Below are positions 23,257 to 34,356 of a stretch of DNA of 64,000 nt, one piece after another (the stretch's first letter is position 1; every line of letters starts with the position of its first letter). This DNA is from Epithemia pelagica (lineage: Eukaryota > Protista > Bacillariophyta), in contig OX337238.1 in NCBI GenBank assembly GCA_946965045.2, positions 2,976,001 to 3,040,000 on the forward strand, written 5' to 3'. The notes under the pieces were generated by a model that searched no databases, was not told the origin of the DNA, and was given only the letters and a program-made list of their open reading frames with translations. Position numbers and translations under genes: made by a program.

Positions 23257-23801
23257 CACATCTCTTTCTCTGAAAATCGGCAGGATTGTGAGTGCCACAA
23301 TACTCTCGGGATTCCCTTGATGAGATCCATTTCCCATTCAATTCAACAGTGAGACGGAGCAACATTGACTCATGCCCCCTGGACGATGAAAGAGCGTTTG
23401 GCTGCGATGCTGTTGTAGTGTGTGCAAAACATCCAGAAGAAATTCGAGAAGGGCCTCAAGACTGCAACGGACGAGCACTATTACCGATTCAGTGACAAAT
23501 GGGTTCCAGTGCGGCCAAGCTTCGTTCGAAATGGGATTGTCAGCGTTCGTGAAATCTCTGGATTTGTTTCGAAGTAGTTGTTTTCGTGGATGGTTTTGGA
23601 CCCGTTCATCTGTCCAAGGTCATCCATCCGATGAAGGATACCATGATGGAAATCGACGCCGTAGAGGTTCGTCCGCCGTTGCAGCCGTCTTTCGTTCCGG
23701 TCCATCCGTTGATGCCTGGCGCTGAAGGCCACATTTTCGTTTTTTCTGGGGTTTTGAGGAGACGAAACTCTGAGGTCCATTCCTGGGTGTTGGCAAGTAC
23801 G

Positions 23802-25013
23802 ATGGCGATGACACTGCAACAGCAAGCAAAGCAATCCGGGCTTTGCTTTCTGGACGTTGACAATAATAGTGAGGCACCGCAATGGAATACCAATGACTGG
23901 CCTCCCCTTTTGTGTGGATGGCGTTGTTTGCATGCATCGGTTGTGCTCAACCATCCCGAACAGGATAACAATGCACAGACGGTTGTTGTTTTGGGAGGAT
24001 ACAAACAAAATCAAGGCTTGACCAACTCAGTTCTGCTGATGAATCTGGCAGAAAAAACTAAGCAATGGCGGGAAGGACCGCCGTTAAACAGCAACCGAGC
24101 CTATCATGCTGCGGTGATTTGTAGTGGAGGAGTTTACGTGCTCGGAGGACACAACGGAAGTTCACGATTGAATAAAATCGAACGGATTGATGTTGCAAAT
24201 TTGTGTTCCGAATCAATGGAAAGCTCTACCAGCAACCAATGGACGACCCTGACTTGTCGATTGTCTACGAGAAGAAATGGATGTTCGGCTGTTGCCGTGC
24301 ACAATCGCTATATTGTCGTCATGGGTGGATACAGCGGAAACGATCTGTCGTCGGTTGATATAATCGATACAGCTATCGCAAGCAACCACACTGTGATTGT
24401 GGGACCATCCATGACAGTTGCGCGGTCTGGATGTGCTAGTGCTGTCAGTGGCCACTGCATCTTTGTTGTTGGAGGCGAAATTGGGCACAATGGAGAAGAT
24501 CTGGACTCAGTAGAGTATTTGGAGATTCATGATCCTTCAGGCAATGAGACAATGAACACATCAAGTACAGTGTTTCCATCCTCATGCCGCTGGAAACGTC
24601 ATGACAAGCTCAATCTTTCCATCGGACGGAATAGTCATGCAGTTGTAACTGTTGGAACATGTCTGATTGTTATGGGAGGTTTCTCAGCCCCGGACACTGT
24701 TGATGTCTTGGATACTCGCCGAAACACTATGTGGACCTTTCCACGATCAACAGGGCCGCGTTATCTCTCCACTGCTGTGGTTCACTCGAGGGGAATTGCT
24801 GTGATAAGTGGAGATGACAATGCTTCTTGTGCGACACTCTCCTTGGTTGACAAGAATACGTGGTGTTTTCGTCGACTCATTGAGCAGGTGCCGAGTACAA
24901 TCTTTGAGACAAAAACAGACTCACTGCGATTTACTCCAGGGCATACTACAGCATTGAAGGAGTCCGGTGAGCGCCCTAAGAAGAAGTTATTAACTGGCAA
25001 ATCTGAGACGTAG
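23802..25013 (+). CDS. Kelch paralogue K5 (403 aa; open upstream to 23586)
   Basis: Six Kelch blades; basic tail ERPKKKL. Confidence 0.9.
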   Translation: MAMTLQQQAKQSGLCFLDVDNNSEAPQWNTNDWPPLLCGWRCLHASVVLNHPEQDNNAQTVVVLGGYKQNQGLTNSVLLMNLAEKTKQWREGPPLNSNRAYHAAVICSGGVYVLGGHNGSSRLNKIERIDVANLCSESMESSTSNQWTTLTCRLSTRRNGCSAVAVHNRYIVVMGGYSGNDLSSVDIIDTAIASNHTVIVGPSMTVARSGCASAVSGHCIFVVGGEIGHNGEDLDSVEYLEIHDPSGNETMNTSSTVFPSSCRWKRHDKLNLSIGRNSHAVVTVGTCLIVMGGFSAPDTVDVLDTRRNTMWTFPRSTGPRYLSTAVVHSRGIAVISGDDNASCATLSLVDKNTWCFRRLIEQVPSTIFETKTDSLRFTPGHTTALKESGERPKKKLLTGKSET

Positions 25014-25855
25014 ACAGTGTCAATTGAGAAATATAAATACCAGTAAAACGCATTCATGAGAATGAGTACTAGGCTTCAAAGTGCTTGCTGTTCTTCCCCC
25101 TGAAAACAAGTGCGTTTACAAACATGATGGAGAGAATGTACATCACGTTGTGAAACACAAACGAACGACAGCGAACATAGTTAGAACTCACCTCAAGTAA
25201 TCACTTCGTGTTGTTGGTGCGATCTTGTGGCACAAGGAAGGATCTGTTTCAAGCACAAGCGCAAGAAAAACCAGGTGGACCTACTGCATTGCAGAAGCAA
25301 CAGTTTGGTTAGGTTCACGGAAAAAATGCAGTCCCCTCGACCGGGTTCCATATCACGACATCTTCCTCAAGCCCGAGTGCGACTGACGATTCCCATAAAA
25401 ACTCGAAAAATGTATGCCAATCCGTGCGACTGATCATGGAGAAACCGTGCGACTGATCAGTCGTTCACGCGGGACTCAAACCGAAGCTTTTCAAACGGCA
25501 TGGTGAATGGTGAGTTGAAAAATCGAGACCAAACGACAAAAAGAAGACTCTTGTTGTGTCAACCACAAGTTCACTTCTCATCCTGTCGTCAATATTCGAG
25601 AAACACGAATTTCCAGAACGGATTTTGCTTCGACGAGACGACACCGTGGAACTCCATCCGCATCGGGTTGTCAAGCAAAGCCATGTAAACTTGTCCGCAA
25701 AGGACTAGGCGTTCTGCTTCCCAATTCGGCATTATCATCCGCTTCCTCTTTTCTTTCCCCCGTGTTCTCATTTCTGCAAAAAACGAGTCCAGATAACAAC
25801 AACAACAACTTCTGTTCACTACTTCGCAACCGCAACAAGTCTCCACAACGCAATC

Positions 25856-28800
25856 ATGTCAATGATGATACGAGGAGCCAGCCACATGGGTCTCCGCAGT
25901 GTTCTACCTGTGGCTACTAGTAGTCGAAATTTGGTCCAAATGGCACTCCACGCTCAACTGCTACCATCCACGACGGCCCTACTATCGCATATGACTCCTC
26001 CTTGCTGGTTACAAAGCCCAACTGTCAAGAAGCGACATGCAATGATCTTTTCGACCATGACAGATGCCTCGCCTCCTGCACCACCCCATCCAGTGCGAGT
26101 CTGGAACGACCGTCTTCTTGTCGACCATCCAAAAAGCAGCCACTCCGCATGGAGTAGCGCCGAATCACTGATCGACAACAACAAATCCAGCGCCCTCTTT
26201 TCAGCAGCACGACCGACGGACAGTGTGGAAGAGCTCATGGCACGTGCCTGTGTCGCTCGAGAGGAATTTGCCAAACTTTCTCAAACCGATGTGGATCGAA
26301 TCTTTTTGGCCGTCGCCCATGCGGCCGACAAACAGCGAGTGCCACTGGCACAAATTGCCGTAGGTACGTACGAGACAAATTGTCGAGACGAAAAGTGTGT
26401 GTTTTTCTGACATCGCAAGGTGTCACCTCTCATATTTGTTTCTTTAATTCTATGTTTGTACATTAATGAAATGACAACGATGACGACGACATCAACGACC
26501 ACCGTCAACAGACGAAACCAACATGAATTTGGTGGAAGATAAGGTTTTAAAGAATGGTCTGGCCACTGAAATGATTCGTCATCGATACAAGGATTTGAAA
26601 ACATGTGGCAAGATTTGGCAGGACGAGGTGCATGGAATTACCAAATATGCAACACCGGTGGGAATTGTCGCATGCATTTTACCCACCACCAATCCAACGT
26701 CGACAGCCATTGCCAAGGCCCTGTTTTTAGCCAAAACACGCAATGTTGGCGTGGTTTTGCCCCATCCTCGAGCCGTACAAAGCACGGCAGCGGCCGTGCA
26801 AGTATGTCACAATGCCGGTGTAAAAGCCGGTGCACCACCCAATTGGCTCCAATGTGTCGTTGGCGCTCCCACAGTTACGGCAAGTGCCACCAATGAGAAC
26901 AACAACAAGAACGACCATCCATTCATGTCGCAATTGGAACTTTCAGATGCTGTCATGAAACATGAAAAGACAAATCTCATCTTGGCCACGGGGGGAGAAG
27001 GAATGATCAAAGGTACGCGACTGGTACATTTGCTACGAGAATGGCAATCACGTGTTTAGGTTCATGAACCCCAGCTGTTCTCATTTTTTTCTGTGGTTGC
27101 TTCTCTGTTGCTCAGCATCTTACAGCACTGGTCATCCAGCAATTGGTGGAGGCGCCGGAAATGCTCGTACGTGTGACTAGACTTTTTTGTCTATTCTCTT
27201 TCTTTAATGGCGAGATTGTGTTGTTCTCATGTTTCTATGGTTGGTTTTGTATGTTGCTGTTGCACAGCAATTTTGGTGGACGAAACGGCCGATTTGAAAC
27301 AGGCTGTGGGGTCCATTGTTTTGGGAAAGTCTTTTGACAATGGTATGATTTGCGCAGCAGAACAGTGCGTCGTTTGTGTAAATGAAGTTTACGACGAATT
27401 CAAATCGTTGCTCGAAAAACGGGGATGTACCTTTCTGTACGGTGAAGACAAGAAGAAACTAGAAGACAACATGATACGAGACGGTAAGGTCAACATCAAC
27501 TTGGTTGGTAAATCGGCCATGGTTATTGCCAAAGCTATTGGCGTTACGGTGCCACCTCATACCTTGGTGTTGGTGGCGGAGGATTCAAGGATTGGGGACC
27601 ATGCTCCGTTGAGTCACGAAAAGCTTTCTCCCATTCTGGCTGTGTATCGGGCCAAAGACTTTGACAATGGGGTTGATATTGCCGAACAATTAGCACGTTA
27701 CGGTGGCTTGGGTCATACGGCAGGCATTTATTCGACGAATCCATCACATGTGAAACACTATGGTCGCCAAATGCCCGTGGGACGCATCTTGGCCAACATG
27801 CCCACCTCCTTGAGTGCAATTGGTACCGAATTCAACCATTTTGTGGATCCCTCCTTTACCCTTGGTGTCGGAACCACTGCTGGGTCTAGCGTGAGTGAGA
27901 ATGTTGGACCCATGCATTTGTTGAACATAAAGTGTGTCGCCACGAGGCAAAAACACATGGAATGGGTGAGTGTTTGATTTTGAGAGTCTTGAGTTGACCG
28001 ATATGTTGACTGCCTCGTAACTCATACATAGTTCTTCTTCTTTTCATTGACAGTTCAAGAACCCACCCGACATTTACTATAATCGTGGGTGTTTGGAGGA
28101 AGCATTGGCCGATTGCGCGAGACCTATGAAATCAGGAGATCGTATGAGTCGATGCATGATTGTGACCGACAAAGTAATGGACTCGCTGGGGTATGTGGAC
28201 CGCGTCAAGAGAGGCCTTGTCCAGCACGGCTTTACTGTGTCCGTCTTTGACGACGTGAACCCGGATCCTGACATGGATACCGTCCGGATGGGAGTGAAAG
28301 CTTGCCAGCAATTCAAACCCGATATGATGTTATGTCTTGGTGGCGGATCTCCGATGGATGCGGGCAAGTTTATTCGTGCGTTGTACGAACATCCTGAATT
28401 GTCACTGGAAGATGCAGCGGCCCGATTCCTGGAATTGCGACAGCGCACATGTCCTTTCCCGGTCCTGGGATCGAAAATCAGAAAGGTAGTGTGTATACCC
28501 ACTACGAGTGGAACAGCTTCGGAAGTGACGCCCTTTTCTGTCATCACTGACGACAATGGAATGAAACTTCCACTGTTCTCGTACCGTTTGACTCCCGACA
28601 TTGCCATTATTGATTCCAGTTTTTGCGAAAAGTTACCGCCAAACCTGATTGCCTACGCCGGTATCGATGCCATCACGCATGCAACGGAAACACTTGTGTC
28701 GGTGGCGGCCAATGATTTTACGCAGGGTCATGGACTTCGCGCACTTCAGCTCTTGACTGATAATTTGGTGGATTCCTTTGCTACGGGCAACTCCGACGCT

Positions 28801-29552
28801 CGCGATGCTGTTCATCACGGTGCGACCTTGGCTGGTTTGGCCTTTAGTAACAGCTTTTTGGGCATTGCGCACAGCTTGGCACACAAAATGGGAGCTGCGT
28901 TTCATCTGCCACATGGATTGGCATGTGGTATCGTGTTGCCTCACGTGATTCGATTCAACAGTTCGTTGACACCCACCCGCATGGGAGTCTATCCAGTTTA
29001 TGATTATCCAAAAGCCCTGGAACAGTATGCGACCATTGCTCGCCACTTGGGACTACTCCAGGAGGACGGCAGACCGCATACCAATACGGAACTCATGGAA
29101 GCGTACATTGCCAAATTATATGACATGTACGATGCAATGAGTGTTCCCAAAACCTTTTTGGAAGCTGGATGTTCGGAAGAAGTGTTCTTGGATCAACTTG
29201 ATGATATTGCACTGCAAGCATTTGACGATCAATGTACACCCGCGAATCCAAGATTCCCTCTCATTTCTGAGCTAAAAGACATTCTGAACTCATGGAAGCG
29301 TACATTGCCAAATTATATGACATGTACGATGCAATGAGTGTTCCCAAAACCTTTTTGGAAGCTGGATGTTCGGAAGAAGTGTTCTTGGATCAACTTGATG
29401 ATATTGCACTGCAAGCATTTGACGATCAATGTACACCCGCGAATCCAAGATTCCCTCTCATTTCTGAGCTAAAAGACATTCTGAAAGAAGCATTTTACGG
29501 AAAAGACTCAATCCCCACGGAGTGTCATGAAATCGACATGCCTCTACAATAA
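25856..29552 (+). CDS. adhE: Bifunctional acetaldehyde-CoA/alcohol dehydrogenase, 5 exons (25856-26363, 26512-27012, 27116-27166, 27268-27965, 28054-29552 allowing for the 197-bp duplication)
   Basis: VEDKVLKN, PTTNPTSTAI, ILATGG.GM, GAGN.P, SFDNGMICAAEQ (catalytic Cys), GHTAG, GGGSPMDA, PTTSGTASEVTPF, DAITHATE, HSLAH, PHG (Fe ligands). Four GT-AG introns (26364-26511, 27013-27115, 27167-27267, 27966-28053) restore the frame. Confidence 0.95.
29089..29485 (+). repeat. 197-bp exact tandem duplication in the adhE 3' coding region
   Basis: Units start at 29089 and 29286 with GAA microhomology. Period is not a multiple of 3. Confidence 0.92.
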
Positions 29553-29620
29553 GAACCCTTTTTTTGACTAAGAACTTGGACTAAAAGTTTAGGATAGCGA
29601 AGAATGCATCGTGTTGATAG

Positions 29621-29986
29621 TCATAGGAGGAACAAGCCATGACGACGTTGTAGTCGTTCCAACTCCTGAGCAAGTTCTTGACGTTGGTCCTGGAGAGCCG
29701 GAAGATTCTGAAGCTTGTCTCGAAGGACAATTCGTTGTTCACGGAGTTGCTTCTTGGTTTTAAGCATCGAATCCTTATCCTGCTTGGATCCAATACCAGA
29801 GTTGAGAAGAAAGTTAAGGTTATTGATTTCCTCTTGAACCATTTTAAGCTTCTTGGACGTCTTGTGCAACGCTGTAATTTGATTCTCCAAGGCTTCCATC
29901 TGTTCTTGAATATCTTGGACGATTCCGAGAGTGACGTCTTCATCAAGGAGAAGAGTAGCGCTGTTGTTGGAGCGAGTAGAGAGCAT
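29621..29986 (-). CDS. Small coiled-coil protein (121 aa)
   Basis: Heptad-like L/I/M pattern rich in E/Q/K (IQEQMEALENQITALHKTSKKLKMVQEEINNL). ATG at 29986; the ORF track uses an upstream TTG. Confidence 0.55.
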   Translation of the reverse strand: MLSTRSNNSATLLLDEDVTLGIVQDIQEQMEALENQITALHKTSKKLKMVQEEINNLNFLLNSGIGSKQDKDSMLKTKKQLREQRIVLRDKLQNLPALQDQRQELAQELERLQRRHGLFLL

Positions 29987-30292
29987 GTTTATCGGGTTTG
30001 TTGGTTGAAGCTGGATGCTGTAGAAAGGTTTGGGTTTCTTGTTTTGTGAGAACAGATTCAAACAGGAATGACGCCAAAGTCGGCGAATCGTGGTTCCGAA
30101 TGCGAGTCACGACTGGAACTTGTGGTGGGGAAGTGGGGCTCTGTTTGACTGGTCCAGGCAGATTTCGTCTGTCCAGCGTAGCCGTCCGGTCTTCCGCGAC
30201 CACAAGATCGCGAATCCCGTCCGTCCCTCCGTCCGTTGCGTCTACTTAAGACATCAGTGCCACAGACTCCTAGCTAGAATATAGTTCCTAGC

Positions 30293-32941
30293 TTAGTGGA
30301 GAAGAGAAGGTTCCGAGCCATGGTATTCCCAAACTCCTTGCGACTGTATGTGCAACAAGTGTTGTTGCGAATGGTCCTGGTGATGGGCCTTATTATGGTT
30401 CCACAACACAGGGATGGAGGAATGCATCCGTGCTACTACAACCATCCGCCAACGATCCCTGTGCTGCCCAGCCAACCTGTTGTTGTCACGATGACAGTTT
30501 CTCCAGGACCAAGCGTTGGTCCCGAAAACCGTAACAACAACAACAACAACAACAACAAGCCAAAGTAACATGACCAGCACAGCTGATTTCCATTGAGAAT
30601 TTCTCTCCAGACTGGCGTCCTTGTTGGACCGACGGACCACAGCAAGACGACGACGACGACGACGACAAGAATCCAGCCACGTCCAGCCTATTGTTTGGTA
30701 GAGCATCCTCCAATTGGTCCACAATTCATACGACAGGCACTGGCAAACAGTCACATAAAATACATGCCACACTTGGTGTTTGATCCAGAGACGAATCGTG
30801 ACATGGAAATAGTCGTACCATGACAAATCCTTCATAGCATTGGGTCCTTCTGGAACATGACATTGTACTTCGTCCTCATCGTCATTGCGGATGTAGTCTT
30901 GGGAGAGACAATGGTTCAACACGCAGTGCATGTCGTTGGTGTTTTGACAGAGTTGATTGACACGACGTGTCTGTTCCAAAATCTCCTGGTGAAACCGCGA
31001 TTCCAAAGAATAGGCCTCCGAAACGTTGTCATGGAGGTCATCCTTGGATTGAATTCGTGAAACTGTCGATTCAGCACCGCTCTTCATGGTTGGAACGGGG
31101 GGTTCCTTCCAAAATGACGGTAACGTCTCATTTGCACTTTGGTCCTCCACGACCTTTGCCACATCTTGTTCCAGATCCACCTCCCAGGAGGAAGAGTGTG
31201 TCGTGTCTCCGGTATCCGACGACGACAAGACGAGAGACGGGGGAGACTCCAAGACCATGCATTCTTCTTCTTCATCCGAATCAAAGATAATGCATTCTTC
31301 TTCATCATCCGAATCAAAGACAATGCACTCTTCCTCATCCTTATTATCTTTTGCAGTGTGATTGTTCCTGTTTGGGTGACAAGGTGACACTGCCGAAGAC
31401 GAATGCGGATTCCAGACATTTGTCATCGACAATAAGGGCGTTCCCACAGGATCATCCTCATCGTGAGCAATCCTTGAACACGACAGGGTCGTTTTTGTGA
31501 CGTGCCTCGTACAATCGTCACCACTCGTGTCGCTACTGTCGCTGCTGTTGCAAGTCCAGCGAATGGATTGGGGGGCCGCCACCAAGGAGGAGGATGACGA
31601 TGAGGAGGACAACGACGACAATGAGGATGAATTCGAATCCAATCGTTGATGGTTTCGAGTGATGGACGACGACAAGACGGTTGTACTGGTAGCACTGATG
31701 GGGACGATGGTGGGAGTCACGGAATTGTCGTTGTTGTTCTTCTTGTCGTTGTTGTTGTTGTTTGGAGGGTCGTCATCTTGCAGTTGTGGCGGTAGAATGT
31801 TAGATTCCCCGTCGCGGCCACCTGTGCATGGCTCATGGTCCAAATGTTGGTCGTTGTCGCCATCTCGAACCGAATTCACCTCGGTTGGTGGTGGTGGTGG
31901 TGGTAGTGTGTTGTTGTTCTTGTTCTTGTTGTTCTTGTCGACTATGGGAGGATCTTGTGGTGGTGTCTCTTGTAGTTTGTCCTGAATGTTTGGTATTAAG
32001 AAAGGAGATGCAGAGGCATTGCAATGGGTGATGGTTTCCCCCAACTCTACTCCTCTCATCATCATCATCCAGTGCAAGGCCTTGTCGTGTTCTTGCTTTG
32101 TCATTCGACACAACCGATCAATCTGGACTTGCTGCTGACGTACCGTCATGCTTCTTCTTGTTGTTGTTGGTGGTGTCGTGGGAGTGAACCTCTTGGGCCT
32201 TCTTTGGACAAAGGTTGTTGGAGTGTCGGTGGGAGCATCTCCTCCTCCTCTTTCCTCATGGACGATTGCCAAGGATGAAGATCCAGGACCCAGGCAGGGT
32301 GGTTGGCAATCCTCCTCCTGCTGATGGAGTACGAACGAGTTGTGGCTGTCGGTAGATTCCGTTCCAGAACAAGTAGTGTCTACTTGCAACAAAGAACAGG
32401 AGGAAGAAGAACCACAAGAATCCTCCTCCTCCTCAGTGTTTCCGTGTGGATCTTTTGGCTGCTCTTGTTGTGGTGGTGATTGTTCTTGTTCTTGTTCTTG
32501 TTCTTGTTCTTGTTCTTGTTGTGGACTGGAAGAGGAAGAGGAGGATCCCCACCATCCATGACACACATTGCAACAAACACCACAAGCGTTCTCACCCCCA
32601 AAGCCGCGTGGAAGGAAAGCTTGTCGACGACGTCGTCGTCTTTTGTGTTTGTTGTTGGGAGTACTATTGCTGCTCCTCCAAATCAATTGGACACGTCGTC
32701 GACGAGGACGTCGAATGGCACATGATTGGTAGCCACCACCACGACAACAACAACTCGGACAACACTGATCTTCGTCCGGTGGTTGCCATTGGTTGTTTCC
32801 TGATAATGTTTGTTGTTGTTGTTGTTGTTCGAGCATGACGACACTGTGGGTCCAGGCCTGCCACAAGTTGTAAAAGGCGACATGCTCATCCGGATTGGGC
32901 TCCACCACTGCCTCGGCAGAACCCTGCGAGGAGCATGTCAT
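30293..32941 (-). CDS. Low-complexity/disordered protein with a C-terminal hydrophobic helix (~882 aa); only intact family member in the window
   Basis: 2.65-kb open frame from ACCATG at 32941. Poly-Q/S/E/N/P tracts, a W/Y/C-rich segment (WYDYFHVTIRLWIKH) and a TM-like stretch AVLVMLLWLVVVVVVVVTVF. Many decayed paralogues nearby. Confidence 0.7.
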   Translation of the reverse strand: MTCSSQGSAEAVVEPNPDEHVAFYNLWQAWTHSVVMLEQQQQQQTLSGNNQWQPPDEDQCCPSCCCRGGGYQSCAIRRPRRRRVQLIWRSSNSTPNNKHKRRRRRRQAFLPRGFGGENACGVCCNVCHGWWGSSSSSSSPQQEQEQEQEQEQEQSPPQQEQPKDPHGNTEEEEDSCGSSSSCSLLQVDTTCSGTESTDSHNSFVLHQQEEDCQPPCLGPGSSSLAIVHEERGGGDAPTDTPTTFVQRRPKRFTPTTPPTTTRRSMTVRQQQVQIDRLCRMTKQEHDKALHWMMMMRGVELGETITHCNASASPFLIPNIQDKLQETPPQDPPIVDKNNKNKNNNTLPPPPPPTEVNSVRDGDNDQHLDHEPCTGGRDGESNILPPQLQDDDPPNNNNNDKKNNNDNSVTPTIVPISATSTTVLSSSITRNHQRLDSNSSSLSSLSSSSSSSSLVAAPQSIRWTCNSSDSSDTSGDDCTRHVTKTTLSCSRIAHDEDDPVGTPLLSMTNVWNPHSSSAVSPCHPNRNNHTAKDNKDEEECIVFDSDDEEECIIFDSDEEEECMVLESPPSLVLSSSDTGDTTHSSSWEVDLEQDVAKVVEDQSANETLPSFWKEPPVPTMKSGAESTVSRIQSKDDLHDNVSEAYSLESRFHQEILEQTRRVNQLCQNTNDMHCVLNHCLSQDYIRNDDEDEVQCHVPEGPNAMKDLSWYDYFHVTIRLWIKHQVWHVFYVTVCQCLSYELWTNWRMLYQTIGWTWLDSCRRRRRRLAVVRRSNKDASLERNSQWKSAVLVMLLWLVVVVVVVVTVFGTNAWSWRNCHRDNNRLAGQHRDRWRMVVVARMHSSIPVLWNHNKAHHQDHSQQHLLHIQSQGVWEYHGSEPSLLH

Positions 32942-34122
32942 GGTAGATTCAACACATACACCAACAGAGAAATGATGAGGATGCGCGTGTTGGAAGGTGG
33001 AAGGAACCCTTGCCTTTGTACAGTCACCATGACAGTAGTACACTCCCTCTTATACAGTTTCTCGTCTATGGATCGGTCCATCTCCATCTCATCATCATCG
33101 GTTGGCATCCGAGTCCCGAGTCCCAGAAGTACTTTCGCGACCATACTTTGTAGCACCTAATACCTATCCATCCGATCCCGTCTCAGACGCCCGCGACTCC
33201 ATACACCCAACAAAGAATCCCCATCGCGCGCGCATCTCATCAAGATGTCCTGGTTGGCAGAATCACCATGACGACCTATACAACGACAAGGACAAAACGA
33301 CGGCCAACACACATTCGCACGGTTCTGTCAAGAATGATGATGATGATCGAGTGACGGTGTCATTCTTCCAGACACGCTCACTCGGTGCATCCTTCACAGT
33401 GTACTAGAACGAGCGATGATGAGGCTATAATGATTGATATCGAGACCAAACAACAGAAAGAAGAAGACTCTTGATTGAAGCGTTTAATGCTTAATTGTGA
33501 TGGCCTTCATCATCATCATCACACCGAAAGAGAACAAAAAAGTCTCTCACTTTTTCTCCGACAACACAGCGTGGGCCTATAGAGTGCAATCCAATGTGGA
33601 AGAAGAAGAAAACAACAGAGGACCCAGCAATCGGCCTGAGAAAGATCATTGGTGAAAACGTACGAGATGCTTTGTTGTGATGGTCTTCAAGATTGGAGAA
33701 AGAGTCCTGGTCCCTTTATTATGGGTATTTGCCCTGTGGTATTTGCGCCGGTTGCATTTATTATTGTTCTTGTCGCTTCCCTACGTACGGTGGGTGATTT
33801 TCCTATCGTGGGTGCCAATTTCAAGTGATCTCGATAGAATGGCTTCTAGCAGTGTGGGACAACCATGTGTGGATTTGGTCCGCTTCGTTGTGCATGGACG
33901 ATGAGCTAGCGCTTGACTGCGATGCTGATGCATTGTGCAAAACAGCCCGGAAAAATCTGAAAAGGGCCTCCAGACTGCAACGGACAAGCACTGCTACCGA
34001 TGTACAGTGGCAAAGGGGTTGCAAGGAAGTGGAATCTCTGGATTTGTGCGGGGGTGGCTTTTTAGTGGATGGTTTTAGAGCCGTTCATCTGTCCAAGGTC
34101 ATCCATCCGATGAATAAAAGAA

Positions 34123-34242
34123 GGATGGTTTTGGACCCGTTCATCTGTCCAATGCCATCCATCCGAGGATACCATGATTGAAATCGCCACCGTGGAGATG
34201 CGTCCGTCGTTGCTGCCGTCTTTCGTTCCGGTTTTGGTGTAA
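34123..34242 (+). promoter_or_regulatory. Kelch leader: hairpin plus 22-codon uORF (34174-34242)
   Basis: ACCATG context; MIEIATVEMRPSLLPSFVPVLV*. A second, degenerate hairpin lies at 34067-34104. Confidence 0.5.
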
Positions 34243-34356
34243 AAGGTTCAAAATATTCAGTCCATATCGTTCGGAGTCCATTTTCGTATTTTTTCGAGGA
34301 GAAAGACGAAGCTCTAAGGTCCATTTCTTGGTGTTGTCATAAAATCTCAAAGTACC

